From: Candidatus Bathyarchaeum tardum
Lineage (GTDB): Archaea; Thermoproteota; Bathyarchaeia; Bathyarchaeales; Bathyarchaeaceae
NCBI GenBank assembly: GCA_024650005.2
Contig: CP122380.1
Location: forward strand, 2,080,001 to 2,144,000
DNA length: 64,000 nucleotides
Direction: 5' to 3'
Shown piece by piece: positions 39,454 through 50,222 of the stretch (positions within the stretch are counted from its first letter, which is position 1; each line of letters begins with the position of its first letter). The translations under genes were made by a program, and so were the position numbers. A model generated the notes under the pieces. The model was given only the letters and a program-made list of their open reading frames with translations, ran no database searches and was not told the origin of the DNA.

Positions 39454-39576
39454 ATGAAATGTCCAACATGTAACTTGGAAATGAAAATAGAAGAACAGCA
39501 AGGCTATATGATAAAATACAAATGTGAAGTCTGCAAACGAGCAGAAACCTTGTGGACTGTTTGTGTAACCCCCTGA
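39454..39576 (+). CDS. 40-aa Zn-ribbon microprotein (MKCPTCNLEM...YKCEVCK)
   Basis: GAGGTGA RBS; CxxC-x17-CxxC; below the ORF-track size cutoff. Confidence 0.65.
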   Translation: MKCPTCNLEMKIEEQQGYMIKYKCEVCKRAETLWTVCVTP

Positions 39577-39639
39577 ACACAAAAGTCAAAAATTAAACAA
39601 TAATCATATTTCAAACTAATTTTGCGAATAAACCAATTT

Positions 39640-40061
39640 TATCCAAATTTGATTACTTTCTTGGGGTCAAAATTGGTTTCCATAGTCCAAAAAATAGGCT
39701 TCACCTTTAGCAACGCGGAAAAGAATCACATCAGGATTCTCAGGTGAAACCCCAAGCCTTTAAGAACTGACGCTCTTCAATCAGTTTTGCCTTCAATTTC
39801 ACATCATCCACAAATTCAACAGTGCCAGTTACCCGCATCATAGTTCCAGCATTTTCTGATTGATGATAAAAACACACTTCAACTTTGTTATTTGTTTTTA
39901 ACTGGGAATATATTGGTTTCATGGCACCTGTATGAAAATAGAAGCCAGTTTCGTCAGCAACCACATTAAAAATCATCTTACTCGCTGTTGGTTTCCTTCA
40001 ACAGTAGCTAAATAACTTGCAGGTTTTCGTTAGCAAAATTGATACAATCTTTAAAATTCAT
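39640..40061 (-). pseudogene. pyridoxamine 5'-phosphate oxidase family (FMN-binding split barrel) pseudogene
   Basis: MNFKDCINFANEN / YLATVEGNQQRVR* / ADETGFYFHT...KVEVCF...RVTGTVEF fall in shifting frames with internal stops; 3' end approximate. Confidence 0.75.
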
Positions 40062-40137
40062 TTGTTTTCTATCTCCCAGATAAAAATAAACATGAAATAA
40101 TATTAAATTTTCTAACAATAAAGTTAGTTAGAGACAA

Positions 40138-40641
40138 ATGATGAATACAAATTTAGCAACAGCTTGTGGACTTTTTTGTGGAAACTGTGAACATCTAGAA
40201 ACAAAATGCAAAAGCTGCGGAACCCAAAGGGGCAAACCGTTTTGGACAGTTATGATAAAAATTGAATGTTGCCCACTTTACAATTGTTCTGTAAACACGA
40301 AACATCTAGAACATTGCGGTTTATGCGAAGAGTTCCCATGTGAAACATTCAATCAATTACGCGACCCAGCCCTAAATGATGAAGAAGCAAAAAATGCCCT
40401 TGTAGAAAGGCAGAACGACCTCATCAAAAGGAAAGAAATTCGAACACAAGAATGGTTGAAACAAAAACAGAAAGGATTTAGCTACAACTCAACTAGTTTT
40501 ACAGACTCTAAAGAGCGTCCAATCATTCCTTGGATGTCCAGTTTTTCTTCGGCTTTTAGAACGTCTTCCAGTTTTGCTTTTGTAGAAGGCTGGTACGGAA
40601 CAGCACCACAACCTGAAGCTTTTCGGGTTGAGATTTTGTAG
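40138..40641 (+). CDS. DUF3795-type Cys-rich protein
   Basis: ACGLFCGNC...C..C...HCGLCEEFPC; 3' end overlaps thiI antisense. Confidence 0.75.
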   Translation: MMNTNLATACGLFCGNCEHLETKCKSCGTQRGKPFWTVMIKIECCPLYNCSVNTKHLEHCGLCEEFPCETFNQLRDPALNDEEAKNALVERQNDLIKRKEIRTQEWLKQKQKGFSYNSTSFTDSKERPIIPWMSSFSSAFRTSSSFAFVEGWYGTAPQPEAFRVEIL

Positions 40642-41675
40642 GTTCCAATTTTTCGAGCTATTGCTTCAGTTTCGTGCTTGTCAAAACCTAACAAGGGTCT
40701 ATGAACAGGATATTCTGTAATTGACTCACTAAGGACTCTCAAGTTGGTCATTGTTTGGCTGGCTTGTTCCCCTATGGCTTCCCCAGTAACGATTCCTTCA
40801 GCATGCAACTGTTCAGCAAGGCGTTCTGCAACCCGATACATCATACGTTTACACAAAAGACAGGTGTACTTTCGGTTAGTTTCCATAATTTGTCTGAGGT
40901 TTTCACCGTGTTGAACCACGTACATTTTACGTGGACCCCCAATTGCCCAGCTAAACACTGCTTCTGCAACTTTGAGGGCTTTTTTTGTTACATTTTCATC
41001 AGTAAAGGGAGAATTATCAAAATAAACAGGAACAACTGGGCTGCCCCGTTTCATCACCAGCCAACAAGCAACTGGAGAATCTATGCCGCCACTAAACAAA
41101 CCAATAACTCGGGGCTGAACCCCTAGGGGCATTCCGCCAACAGCGTCAACTGTTTGTGAATAAACAAAGGCTTGATTATCTCTGATTTCAACCCCTAAAA
41201 CTACGTCAGGATTACCCAGATTAACCGATAAACCGAGCTCATCCCCAAAAGTGTCCAAGACCTTTTGACCCAATATCTTGCGAACGTCAGAACTAGAATA
41301 ATTGTGATCACCAACGCGTTTGCATTTTACAGCGAAACTGTTTCCAGTTTTTAGTACATGCTTTACCAAAAGTAGACCTTTTTCAATTATTTCATCAAGG
41401 TTGGAACTAATTTCAACTGCAGGAGAAAGGGAAGAAACACCAAAAACCCGAGACAATTTGTCAGCAGCATCGACTGCACAAGAAGTTTTCATATAGAATC
41501 TGCCGTGTTTTCGAACAAGTTCAGTGTATTCAATGTTGTAATGTTTCAGGGTCTGCCTTAGGTTTCTGGAAAGCTTTTTTTCGTAATATTTTCGGGTCCA
41601 AAGTTTTTTGAGCCATAACTCGCCACTGAAACGAACAATAACTGTATCGTAAATACTGTTTAGACTAACTTCCAC
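40482..41675 (-). CDS. thiI: tRNA 4-thiouridine synthase
   Basis: THUMP domain; SGGIDS PP-loop; CLLCKR and GEAIGEQASQT motifs. Confidence 0.92.
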   Translation of the reverse strand: MEVSLNSIYDTVIVRFSGELWLKKLWTRKYYEKKLSRNLRQTLKHYNIEYTELVRKHGRFYMKTSCAVDAADKLSRVFGVSSLSPAVEISSNLDEIIEKGLLLVKHVLKTGNSFAVKCKRVGDHNYSSSDVRKILGQKVLDTFGDELGLSVNLGNPDVVLGVEIRDNQAFVYSQTVDAVGGMPLGVQPRVIGLFSGGIDSPVACWLVMKRGSPVVPVYFDNSPFTDENVTKKALKVAEAVFSWAIGGPRKMYVVQHGENLRQIMETNRKYTCLLCKRMMYRVAERLAEQLHAEGIVTGEAIGEQASQTMTNLRVLSESITEYPVHRPLLGFDKHETEAIARKIGTYKISTRKASGCGAVPYQPSTKAKLEDVLKAEEKLDIQGMIGRSLESVKLVEL

Positions 41676-43114
41676 TTGGGTCCCTCTGCAGTATCTTCAA
41701 TAATTAAACCAGTTTTTTTCATTCGGGCTCGAATTTCATCTGACAAATCATATTCGCCTTTTTTTCGTAATTCCTCTCTCAAATCAAAAAGCAAATGAAC
41801 CAAATCAGCAGTTACCTGTCCACCAACATCCTTAGGTTTCTCTTGCTGGAACAAACCCAACGCCTTCCCAAGCCCTGAAAAACTGTAATAAACCTGTTCC
41901 AAAACACCAGAACTCACCTGCTTTTGCTCAGCCAAAAATCTGTTAATCTCTTTGGACATATCAAAAAGAGCAGCTAACGCCTGCGGAGTATTGAAATCTT
42001 CATCCATGGCGTTCACGAAATCTTCCTCAAGTTTCGCAACATTTTCACTAAATATTTGTTCAGACTGAGTTGATTCTCGTTTCACTGAAACTTTTTTGGC
42101 ATCTTCCAAAGATTCCAAACTACTATAGAGACGATTCAAACTAGTTTCAGCACCCTTCAATCGTTCATCTGTAAAGTCTATTTCACTTCGGTAATGAGTG
42201 GACATGACAAAAAGGCGTATAGCATCCGCAGAATGTTTCTTTAGAGCGTCACGAACAGTAATGTAGTTACCTAAAGATTTTGCCATCTTTTCTCCGTTGA
42301 TTTTCAGAAAACCGGTATGCAACCAATACTTAACAAAGGGCTTAGTGCCTGTAATCGATTCACTTTGAGCAATCTCATTCTCGTGATGAGGAAAAATCAA
42401 ATCACGGGCGCCCCCATGAATATCAAACTGTTTTCCCAGATACTTCAAACCCATAACCGCACATTCAATGTGCCATCCCGGAAAACCATAACCCCATGGG
42501 CTCCACCATTTTAGCACAGTTTCGGGTTCAGCCCGTTTCCACAAGGCAAAATCTCGTGAATTTTTTTTATCCGAGTGAACTTCAAATCGAGAACCTTCAA
42601 GCATTTCATCTAGTTTAATTTTGGACAATTTACCATAATCAGCTAGTTTGGAAATGTCAAAAAACACGTTACCGTTTACTTCATAGGCAAATCCATTCTT
42701 AAGCAAGGATTGAATCGAGTCAATCATATCAAGAAGATGACCAGTAGCCCGAGGAGAAATATCTGGACGCTTAACACCTAAGGCATCAAGATCTTTGAAG
42801 TATTCACGCATGTAAAACTCCACTAACTGCATGGGTTCAACTTTTCGTTCTATGGCACGTTTTGTGATTTTGTCTTCTGCGGTATCGGTAGTAAGGTGCC
42901 CCACGTCAGTGATGTTTTGAACATAAAAAACAGAGTAGCCCTTGAACTCCAACCAACGAACAATAACGTCAAAAGCAAGATACGTTCGGGCATGACCCAG
43001 ATGAGCCCAATCATAAACTGTGGGTCCACAGACATACAATCCGACTTGTTTCTCATGTAATGGCACAAACTCTTCCATCTGACCGCTCATCGTGTTAAAA
43101 ACTCGCAAACCCAT
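41660..43114 (-). CDS. cysS: cysteine--tRNA ligase
   Basis: YVCGPTVY, HLGH, PGWHIEC, FPHHENE and KMAKS motifs. Confidence 0.97.
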   Translation of the reverse strand: MGLRVFNTMSGQMEEFVPLHEKQVGLYVCGPTVYDWAHLGHARTYLAFDVIVRWLEFKGYSVFYVQNITDVGHLTTDTAEDKITKRAIERKVEPMQLVEFYMREYFKDLDALGVKRPDISPRATGHLLDMIDSIQSLLKNGFAYEVNGNVFFDISKLADYGKLSKIKLDEMLEGSRFEVHSDKKNSRDFALWKRAEPETVLKWWSPWGYGFPGWHIECAVMGLKYLGKQFDIHGGARDLIFPHHENEIAQSESITGTKPFVKYWLHTGFLKINGEKMAKSLGNYITVRDALKKHSADAIRLFVMSTHYRSEIDFTDERLKGAETSLNRLYSSLESLEDAKKVSVKRESTQSEQIFSENVAKLEEDFVNAMDEDFNTPQALAALFDMSKEINRFLAEQKQVSSGVLEQVYYSFSGLGKALGLFQQEKPKDVGGQVTADLVHLLFDLREELRKKGEYDLSDEIRARMKKTGLIIEDTAEGPKWKLV

Positions 43115-43423
43115 AAATTTTCACCTAAATTTTAACCAAACACGTCACAAACAGATTACAACGTAACAATTAAACAAAAAATAGGACATCACCGATTTAA
43201 ACCTAATCAAAAAAGTGTTGCGTCAAACAAATAATCTATGAAAATTGGGTTTGGCGACCTGAAAAATTGTTTTTATTTAAAACAAAGAACTTTAAAAAAG
43301 GATTAAATCCCCAAAAAATGTCGCTTTTACGAAAGATTTTGTGTATAGATTCGGGATTCATTAAACCTAAATATATTTAACATAGCAAGTCTTATCAAAG
43401 AATACTTAAGAGTTGCAGAAAGT

Positions 43424-43924
43424 TTGCCGAAAAAATCTCCAGCTATTATTTGTCCAAATCCGAAGTGTGGAAAAGAAATCGAAGAGTCGGTAATGTTAAA
43501 TATTCTTTCTGTTACGCCACCAAAAAAGTACGAAGCTTGTCCATATTGTTTTAGTGAACTGGATAAAGAAGCAATAATCAAGAAAGAAAAAGGCATAGAA
43601 ACATCCAAAAAACCTGAAGAACCCCGCAGGGAGGAAATAAAAGAATCCGTTTCGGGGGTATTTGACAAAGTTAAATCATTGATTCCAAACAGCAAAGACA
43701 GGAACGAAGAAATTCAAGAAAAACCCACATTCAAAAAAGAAAAACCAAGAGAAGATTATTCTAACAAAAAAGAGAAAGAAAAATCGTCCAAAACAGACAC
43801 AAAATCCGGTTGCCCAGAACGTTTTGGTTACTTAGCTAATCGTCCAAACGATGAACCCATTCCTCAGTATTGTCTGACATGCCCAAAAATGGTTGACTGC
43901 ATGTTAAGTCCAAAAGAGGAATAA
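43424..43924 (+). CDS. hypothetical protein with N- and C-terminal Cys clusters
   Basis: CPNPKC...CPYC; CPERFGYL...CLTCPKMVDC; charged linker. Confidence 0.7.
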   Translation: MPKKSPAIICPNPKCGKEIEESVMLNILSVTPPKKYEACPYCFSELDKEAIIKKEKGIETSKKPEEPRREEIKESVSGVFDKVKSLIPNSKDRNEEIQEKPTFKKEKPREDYSNKKEKEKSSKTDTKSGCPERFGYLANRPNDEPIPQYCLTCPKMVDCMLSPKEE

Positions 43925-44063
43925 ACGAAGATCGACAGCATCAACAAGGTTAAAAAAATTTTGAATATAGTTCACATATACTGGCAAGTAGATTTTAGCA
44001 AAAAAGTTTCAAGAACAATTTAATAGCATCTCAAGAAACAAATCAGGTTAACGGTGAACCTGA

Positions 44064-45083
44064 GTGTCTGAGGCGCCACGAATTCATTCAAAAGCTAACG
44101 TAAGCAAAACAGGTGCAATACTGTTAGGAAAACATGTTGCATGTGACGCCTACCACGATTCCAGACCAATTCGAGTTGTTTCTCACGCTCATTCAGACCA
44201 TATGGTTGGTGTGGGAAAGAGCCTAAAAAACTGCGAAGCAACAGTAATGACTCCTGCAACAAAAGATCTGATTGACGCCCTAAAAGGTCCACGATGGCTA
44301 GCCAGAGGTCCCGTGAAAACAGTGGATTATGGGGAAAAATTCACGTATGGCAACGAAACATTGACCTTTCATTACGCAGATCACATTTTGGGAACAGCAC
44401 AAACCTTAGTTGAAGATAAAGACAATACACGAATACTGTATACCAGCGACTTTAGATATTCCCGAACACCCTTAGTGGAAACTGACATACTTGTTATGGA
44501 GGCAACTTACGGTCACCCAGTTCGGGTTAGACCCTTCAGCATGATGGTTGAAGGCATGCTTGTTTCAATGGTGGAACAGGGTTTGAAAAAAGGACCAGTA
44601 TACGTTTTTGGGTATCATGGCAAGCTACAAAAAATGATGCAAATATTATATGAGGCAAAAATCAAAACCCCATTTATTGTTCCAGAAAAAATTTTTAAAG
44701 TATCAAAAATATGTGAGCAACATGGAATGAAACTAGGCAAGAGGCTTCTTGATTTTGACTCAGATAAAGCGCAATCCATGTTAACTCAAAACGAATCGTC
44801 TGTTGTCTTTTATCATTCATATTCTCGCAAAAAAGTTGAAAACGAAGCTTTACAAATCCACGCGAGCGGGTGGGAGTTCCAAAAGCCTTGTCGAAAAGTA
44901 GGCACTAACAAGTATGTGGTTGCTTTAAGTGACCATTCAGACTTCAATGAGTTACTAGAGTATGTAGAACGTTGCAAACCAAAACTGGTAATCACTGACA
45001 GGCACAGGTCAGAAGCAGCAAACATTTTTGCAAAAGAAATTGAAAAACGATTAAAAATACCCGCCAGAGCAGCACCCTCATAA
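44064..45083 (+). CDS. MBL/beta-CASP nuclease (SNM1-like)
   Basis: SHAHSDH, DHILG, YTSDF, EATYG and LSDHSDF motifs. Confidence 0.82.
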   Translation: MSEAPRIHSKANVSKTGAILLGKHVACDAYHDSRPIRVVSHAHSDHMVGVGKSLKNCEATVMTPATKDLIDALKGPRWLARGPVKTVDYGEKFTYGNETLTFHYADHILGTAQTLVEDKDNTRILYTSDFRYSRTPLVETDILVMEATYGHPVRVRPFSMMVEGMLVSMVEQGLKKGPVYVFGYHGKLQKMMQILYEAKIKTPFIVPEKIFKVSKICEQHGMKLGKRLLDFDSDKAQSMLTQNESSVVFYHSYSRKKVENEALQIHASGWEFQKPCRKVGTNKYVVALSDHSDFNELLEYVERCKPKLVITDRHRSEAANIFAKEIEKRLKIPARAAPS

Positions 45084-45194
45084 AAAAGGCAGGTTACCAA
45101 ATAAGAAAACAAACCCAAAAAATTACAACATATCAAATACCCAAATTCTTATTATCTTTCATTAACGTGAAGTGTGTATAATGGAAGTGTTTGC

Positions 45195-45557
45195 ATGGAA
45201 GATCCAATTATCAAAGCTGAATCGTTCAAAGAAGTAATTATTATGGAACAAACCCACTTCAAGACAGTAGACGATCTAGCAAGATTTACAAACATTACAG
45301 TAGGGGGAAAACCAGCAGGACTGTACTGGGCAAATGGTGTGGTCTTCGTTTATTATCCATTACCAATTTCAACTGAAATCGCTGCAAAAGCATTAATTGA
45401 AGAAAAAAAAGTTTACTGGGCTTTTGTGAGTTACGCACTCATGCCCCAATATAAAGCAATAATTGAAACAAAAGAAAGGATAATGGTGCCAGTCATAGAC
45501 ATGTCCACCAATAACTTGTTCGTAAAGGTTGCTAAATGGCTTAAAGAACAAGTTTAA
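45195..45557 (+). CDS. hypothetical protein
   Basis: Compact ORF (LYWANGVVF); ATG at 45195. Confidence 0.6.
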   Translation: MEDPIIKAESFKEVIIMEQTHFKTVDDLARFTNITVGGKPAGLYWANGVVFVYYPLPISTEIAAKALIEEKKVYWAFVSYALMPQYKAIIETKERIMVPVIDMSTNNLFVKVAKWLKEQV

Positions 45558-47083
45558 GCTTTCTTTGACCAATTTTCTTTTCGAGTTTCAAACAAATTTT
45601 TTCGTTTCAGAAATTCTTCGACATAATTGTCAAAACAGCCGGTTTTCTTAAGATAAGTTCCATACCGAGAAAGGGCAGCCATAGCACGAGCAGCATCTTC
45701 AGGGGATAAGTAAGCAGGGATTCCAAGCTTGTCAAATTTTGAACGAATGTGAAGAGCCATTTCCGTTTCGCCAATGTCACAAGCAACAAGTGATTTTTTG
45801 TATTTTTTACTTAACTCATAAACACGATCAACAAAGTCGTCCTGAAGAGCAGGAAGATGGTGCAGACCTAAAACAATAATTCCGTCGATATTTGGGTCTT
45901 CGAAAAGTATTTTGATTCCTTCTTCAAACATTTCAGAAGTTACAGAGCCAGTTAAGTCAACAGGGTTATAGTTAGTTGCGAACCTGGGAATCTTTCCGTC
46001 AGTTTTTAGTTTTTCAAACTTTGCTAATGTTTCTTCAGAGAACCTGTCCACGTTAAGTCCTTGAGCAATACACTCATCGACACACATAATTCCAGGTCCA
46101 CCAGCGTCTGTTATAATTGCTACATTTTTTCCAGCAATTGGTGCCTGAAAAGCTAGGGCTTTACCCATGTCAAAAAATTCTTCAAGGTCGTTTGCTCTCA
46201 AAACGCCAACTTGTTTGAAGGCACTAGAATAAATCTCATCAGAACCAGCAATAGAACCAGTGTGAGACGCAGCAGCACGAGCTCCTGCAACGGATCGACC
46301 TACTTTTAGAGCGATAATAGGTTTTTTGCAAGTAACCGTTCGTGCAACGTCCATGAATTCTCGTCCTTTATCAATACTTTCTGCGTACATGAGCATAACA
46401 CGGGTTTTTTCGTCATATAACAGGTACTTGAGCATCTCTGAAGCGGTTACGTCGGCTTTGTTACCGAAACTTACGAATTTACTTACGCCCATCTGTTTAC
46501 CAGCCAAGTAATCCAAAGCGGCTGCACCAAAGGCACCACTCTGAGTGACTACAGCTATAGGTCCAGGTCGGGGTCGTGGTGTGGCAATTACTTCATCTCC
46601 AGTGCCTAAGGTCTTTGTTTCTGGAAGGAACAACATGTCTACACCGGTTGATGAATCGTAGACACCTAGACAGTTTGGACCAAGAACACGGATTCCAGCT
46701 TTTTTGGCAATGTCTGCTACTTCTTGTTCTAGTTCATGATTTCCAATTTCACTAAATCCAGAAGTAATAATTGCAGCAGCTTTTACTTTCTTTTCTGCAA
46801 GTTCATGCATAACACCTGGAACAAAATTTGCAGGAACAACAATAACAGCCAAATCAATGTCATCATTTATGTCCAATATTGAAGGATAACATTTGAATCC
46901 CTGTATTGTTTTTTCAGTAGGATTGACAGGATACAATTTTCCTTTGAACAGGTTTCGTTGACTGTTAATAACAAAGTTTTTGAAGATAACGTGTCCTGCC
47001 TTCATTGTTCGGCGAGATGCACCAATAACGGCAACTGCTTTTGGGTCAAAGAAGGTGTCCATTTGTTCCAAGAATGCTTTCAT
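45554..47083 (-). CDS. acdA: ADP-forming acetate/acyl-CoA ligase, alpha subunit
   Basis: VAVIGAS, LGPNCLG, TQSGA, AASHTG phospho-His and NPVDLTG motifs. Confidence 0.9.
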   Translation of the reverse strand: MKAFLEQMDTFFDPKAVAVIGASRRTMKAGHVIFKNFVINSQRNLFKGKLYPVNPTEKTIQGFKCYPSILDINDDIDLAVIVVPANFVPGVMHELAEKKVKAAAIITSGFSEIGNHELEQEVADIAKKAGIRVLGPNCLGVYDSSTGVDMLFLPETKTLGTGDEVIATPRPRPGPIAVVTQSGAFGAAALDYLAGKQMGVSKFVSFGNKADVTASEMLKYLLYDEKTRVMLMYAESIDKGREFMDVARTVTCKKPIIALKVGRSVAGARAAASHTGSIAGSDEIYSSAFKQVGVLRANDLEEFFDMGKALAFQAPIAGKNVAIITDAGGPGIMCVDECIAQGLNVDRFSEETLAKFEKLKTDGKIPRFATNYNPVDLTGSVTSEMFEEGIKILFEDPNIDGIIVLGLHHLPALQDDFVDRVYELSKKYKKSLVACDIGETEMALHIRSKFDKLGIPAYLSPEDAARAMAALSRYGTYLKKTGCFDNYVEEFLKRKNLFETRKENWSKKA

Positions 47084-47110
47084 GATCTTAATACTCCTTG
47101 TATCTGAATT

Positions 47111-47986
47111 TTAACACTCATTTTTGTGCGTTTTGGATTTTATTTCCTTAAATCGGATAATTACTACGGGCCGATGCTCAGTTTGCTCAAGCATCTCCCA
47201 AGTAACTCCTGTCAAACTAACCTTAAAGTTTTTAGCCATATCCCAAACAGTCCGACCAGCCCCTGCACCACGAGTTCGGTTAGCAATTTTTGCAACTTCA
47301 ATAGCGTCATCAGTTGACAATCTAGAACCAGATAAAGCTAAAGGCGTAGCTCGTTTTTTAAGTTTAAGGGACCACCCAACAACATACGCAACAAATCCGC
47401 CAAATGAAAAAATTCCTTTTATTGGTTTTGGACGAGGCGTAAAATGAAATCCATTCAAAGAATATGTTTTGTCAGTATCCACAACTGCAACTGAAACTTT
47501 TTTTCCAAGTTCATTGTAGATTCGTTCCCTAAGTTCATAAACAATCTTTTCTGCATTTTCTAGGGGAAGACAAACATAAGAAAAAGGCAAATTGCTTCCG
47601 TCAATTCCACCTTCTGAGCCATGCATCAATGCATGAAAAAAACCACTTCGCTGTAACGCTAACTGTTTGTGGCGACTTCCTTCTTCAACAGGATAACAAC
47701 GAAGATCATCTATTGTTTTTTTTCTCAAATGACAAACAGGTCCCAGAACATAAGGCCAAGCTATGCGCATCCAGTATTTGGCAATGAAACGTGCAAGACG
47801 GCTCGGTTTGATTTTGCTTTCGTCAACTATGTTGCCAAGGGCGGTGGAAATTGCTTTCTCTGATACAGTGACAAAGTCTCCATCAGCGACAACATGTTTT
47901 ATGGCTTCAATTATGTCTTTGATATAATCATCGTTTGGTTTCCAGTATCTGGTTTTAACTGCCAGAGCTTTGTATTTTCCAGCCAC
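47111..47986 (-). CDS. F420-0:gamma-glutamyl ligase (CofE)-like protein
   Basis: VSEKAIS, GGIDGSN and VVDTD motifs. Confidence 0.75.
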   Translation of the reverse strand: MAGKYKALAVKTRYWKPNDDYIKDIIEAIKHVVADGDFVTVSEKAISTALGNIVDESKIKPSRLARFIAKYWMRIAWPYVLGPVCHLRKKTIDDLRCYPVEEGSRHKQLALQRSGFFHALMHGSEGGIDGSNLPFSYVCLPLENAEKIVYELRERIYNELGKKVSVAVVDTDKTYSLNGFHFTPRPKPIKGIFSFGGFVAYVVGWSLKLKKRATPLALSGSRLSTDDAIEVAKIANRTRGAGAGRTVWDMAKNFKVSLTGVTWEMLEQTEHRPVVIIRFKEIKSKTHKNEC

Positions 47987-48104
47987 AGTGCATCACCGTA
48001 AGGTTTAGGTCTGTTTGGTAAATCGTAGAGGTTCAATAAATAGATAATATTTTGTAGGAAGAATGCATTTCAGAACATAGAAAACGTTGCGAGACGAGAC
48101 CAAA

Positions 48105-48575
48105 ATGCCGGGCAAGTATGAGGAGAAAAAATCAAGCTTTTTTGATCTCCTTGAAGATGTGCCAGATAGTGAAGAAGAACAAAAACCAGCAAGTGAAAGG
48201 TCTGAACTGTTAAAATCCATGGGCGTTGAAGACCGTTTTGAAGAAGGCACCATCAATATTGACATGAGAACATGCAGAGGAATAGAATGCAACTTGTGTG
48301 TAAAGGCATGTCCCACAAACGCGTTGTATTGGAAGGGAGGGGACATTGGAATCATAAATGACCTTTGTATTCACTGCACTGCTTGTGTAGCAAACTGTAT
48401 GGTTGATGATTGTATATGCGTTACAAGAAAACGTCCTGATGGTAAAAATGAAAAATTTAGTAACCCAAAAGATGTCTGCATGTTACTGAAAAAAATCAAC
48501 TCAAAAAAAGGAGTTAACAGGGTAACTGCACTTTATCCAACAGTTGAAGAATACCTTGACCGCCACGGCGAATAA
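48105..48575 (+). CDS. 2x[4Fe-4S] ferredoxin-domain protein
   Basis: CRGIECNLCVKACP and CIHCTACVANC motifs. Confidence 0.88.
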   Translation: MPGKYEEKKSSFFDLLEDVPDSEEEQKPASERSELLKSMGVEDRFEEGTINIDMRTCRGIECNLCVKACPTNALYWKGGDIGIINDLCIHCTACVANCMVDDCICVTRKRPDGKNEKFSNPKDVCMLLKKINSKKGVNRVTALYPTVEEYLDRHGE

Positions 48576-48659
48576 TTAAAAGTAGGAGTAGCACCAAAAT
48601 CTAAATTAGTGAAAATATCACGTATTCAAATTGGCAGTTTTTGGTTAGTTAAACTTGAA

Positions 48660-49391
48660 TTAAACTATTATGTCTCCGGTGACTCCATCTATGTGAACAC
48701 TTTTTTCCTCTTTGGTTTTGACATTTTGAAAAGTTATGACATATATTGGGTTGTATATCACCGCATGTTCAGAGATTTGGAACAATTCATTATCTATGGT
48801 GTCGATGTCAGATGGCTTGTTGATGAGTTTGTCTTTAACCATTGTAACTAATTCTTTATTTGAAAGTTTTAGATGTTCAGTTTTGTTTTTGAACTCTTTC
48901 AACAATTTTGTAGGGTTGTCTTCAGAAGGCGCAATAGGAACCTGATCAGGCAAAATTTCGCGACCAGTTTTGTCTAAAATAATGTATGCTTTTGCTTCAT
49001 AGAAAGCCCATTCTTGACCTTCAACAGCAACTACTTTTTTGAATTGTGTAGGTTCTGTGTTAGGAATAACTAAAGTCTGAGGAGTGAAAGTTTTTCCAAG
49101 AATTTTTACTTCTTTTGCTTTTTCGTCTACTTCGAGGTTGTAGGTTTTTTTGGTGTAATATTCAATTCGGTATTGTGCATCAACAAGAGCATACGGCACG
49201 TAATGTTTGTCAACTGATACCACGCGTATGTCTTCGGGTCTAGGTTTCTGAAATCGTTTGACGAATAACTCGTTTTTCATTTCCTCTGCTTTAAGTTTTA
49301 GCTTGGCAGGATCTAATCTAGACTTGTAAACGATAATTTTTTTTTCTGCGATTTTTTCTGGAATCTGAGTAACGGCAGTCAAGTGGAACAC
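48660..49391 (-). CDS. hypothetical protein
   Basis: 243-aa ORF with host-like composition; C-terminal IDGVTG. Confidence 0.7.
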   Translation of the reverse strand: MFHLTAVTQIPEKIAEKKIIVYKSRLDPAKLKLKAEEMKNELFVKRFQKPRPEDIRVVSVDKHYVPYALVDAQYRIEYYTKKTYNLEVDEKAKEVKILGKTFTPQTLVIPNTEPTQFKKVVAVEGQEWAFYEAKAYIILDKTGREILPDQVPIAPSEDNPTKLLKEFKNKTEHLKLSNKELVTMVKDKLINKPSDIDTIDNELFQISEHAVIYNPIYVITFQNVKTKEEKSVHIDGVTGDIIV

Positions 49392-49537
49392 CTAGTGGAC
49401 AGTATAAAAATGAAACATTGTTAATTAATCATTTATGAATGTCAAATCAAAATTTTATGTATATAGAAAAAAGAAAAAACAATGTTCCCCAGAAAAAATG
49501 AGGAGTTTTCTTTAAAGATGGGAATTAATTTCAAATG

Positions 49538-50200
49538 TTATATTTTAGGTCTTGGCGTAAGTTTTTTTTCAAAAGTAGATTCTAACCTTGAAATAGACTC
49601 TTCAAGAGCCTTTCTTCGAACTTCCATGGTGATATCTCCCCGAGTGATTTCAATTAGTCGCCTAGCAACATCGCCTTTTCTTCTTAGACCATTAACGATT
49701 ATGTAAGCATCATCCAAGGCAGTTAACTCGGAGTAGATGTCCTCCATCCAGTTTAGGCATTTTTCGGCGAGGTCGACTTTTCCTTTCCGAATTAAATCCA
49801 GAGTTCGGCGTCTTAGTTCTCCGATAACATCCCCCAAAGACAAAATGTAGGGAGTTTCAGGAACATCAATTTCTTCGGGGGTAGGAAACCTGTTTTCTTG
49901 AATCAAAGCAAGGAGTATGCATGCTTCAGCGTGTTCCTCATAGGCAGCGTTTACAGAGCCACTGTAAAGCAAATGAGGATAATCTTTGAGCAACTCCTGA
50001 AGGGATTCGAAAAGTGTTTTTGCTTCGTCAATAAACCCTTTAGCGTCATCGAATCTATCTTGGTGTGTAACTTGGATTGCTTGCTTAGAAAGACGGGTGG
50101 CTTTTCGCATATCCCGATGAACATCGTCTCGGATTTTTTCTCTTTCTTTTAGTTCTTTTTGGATTTGTTCCAGAATTTCCTTCAAAGACATAAAACTCAC
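49538..50200 (-). CDS. translin/TRAX family protein
   Basis: EEHAEA, YILSLGDVIGELRR and LRRKGD motifs. Confidence 0.88.
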   Translation of the reverse strand: MSFMSLKEILEQIQKELKEREKIRDDVHRDMRKATRLSKQAIQVTHQDRFDDAKGFIDEAKTLFESLQELLKDYPHLLYSGSVNAAYEEHAEACILLALIQENRFPTPEEIDVPETPYILSLGDVIGELRRRTLDLIRKGKVDLAEKCLNWMEDIYSELTALDDAYIIVNGLRRKGDVARRLIEITRGDITMEVRRKALEESISRLESTFEKKLTPRPKI

Positions 50201-50222
50201 ACCAAAAACAGTTCAAAAGAGC

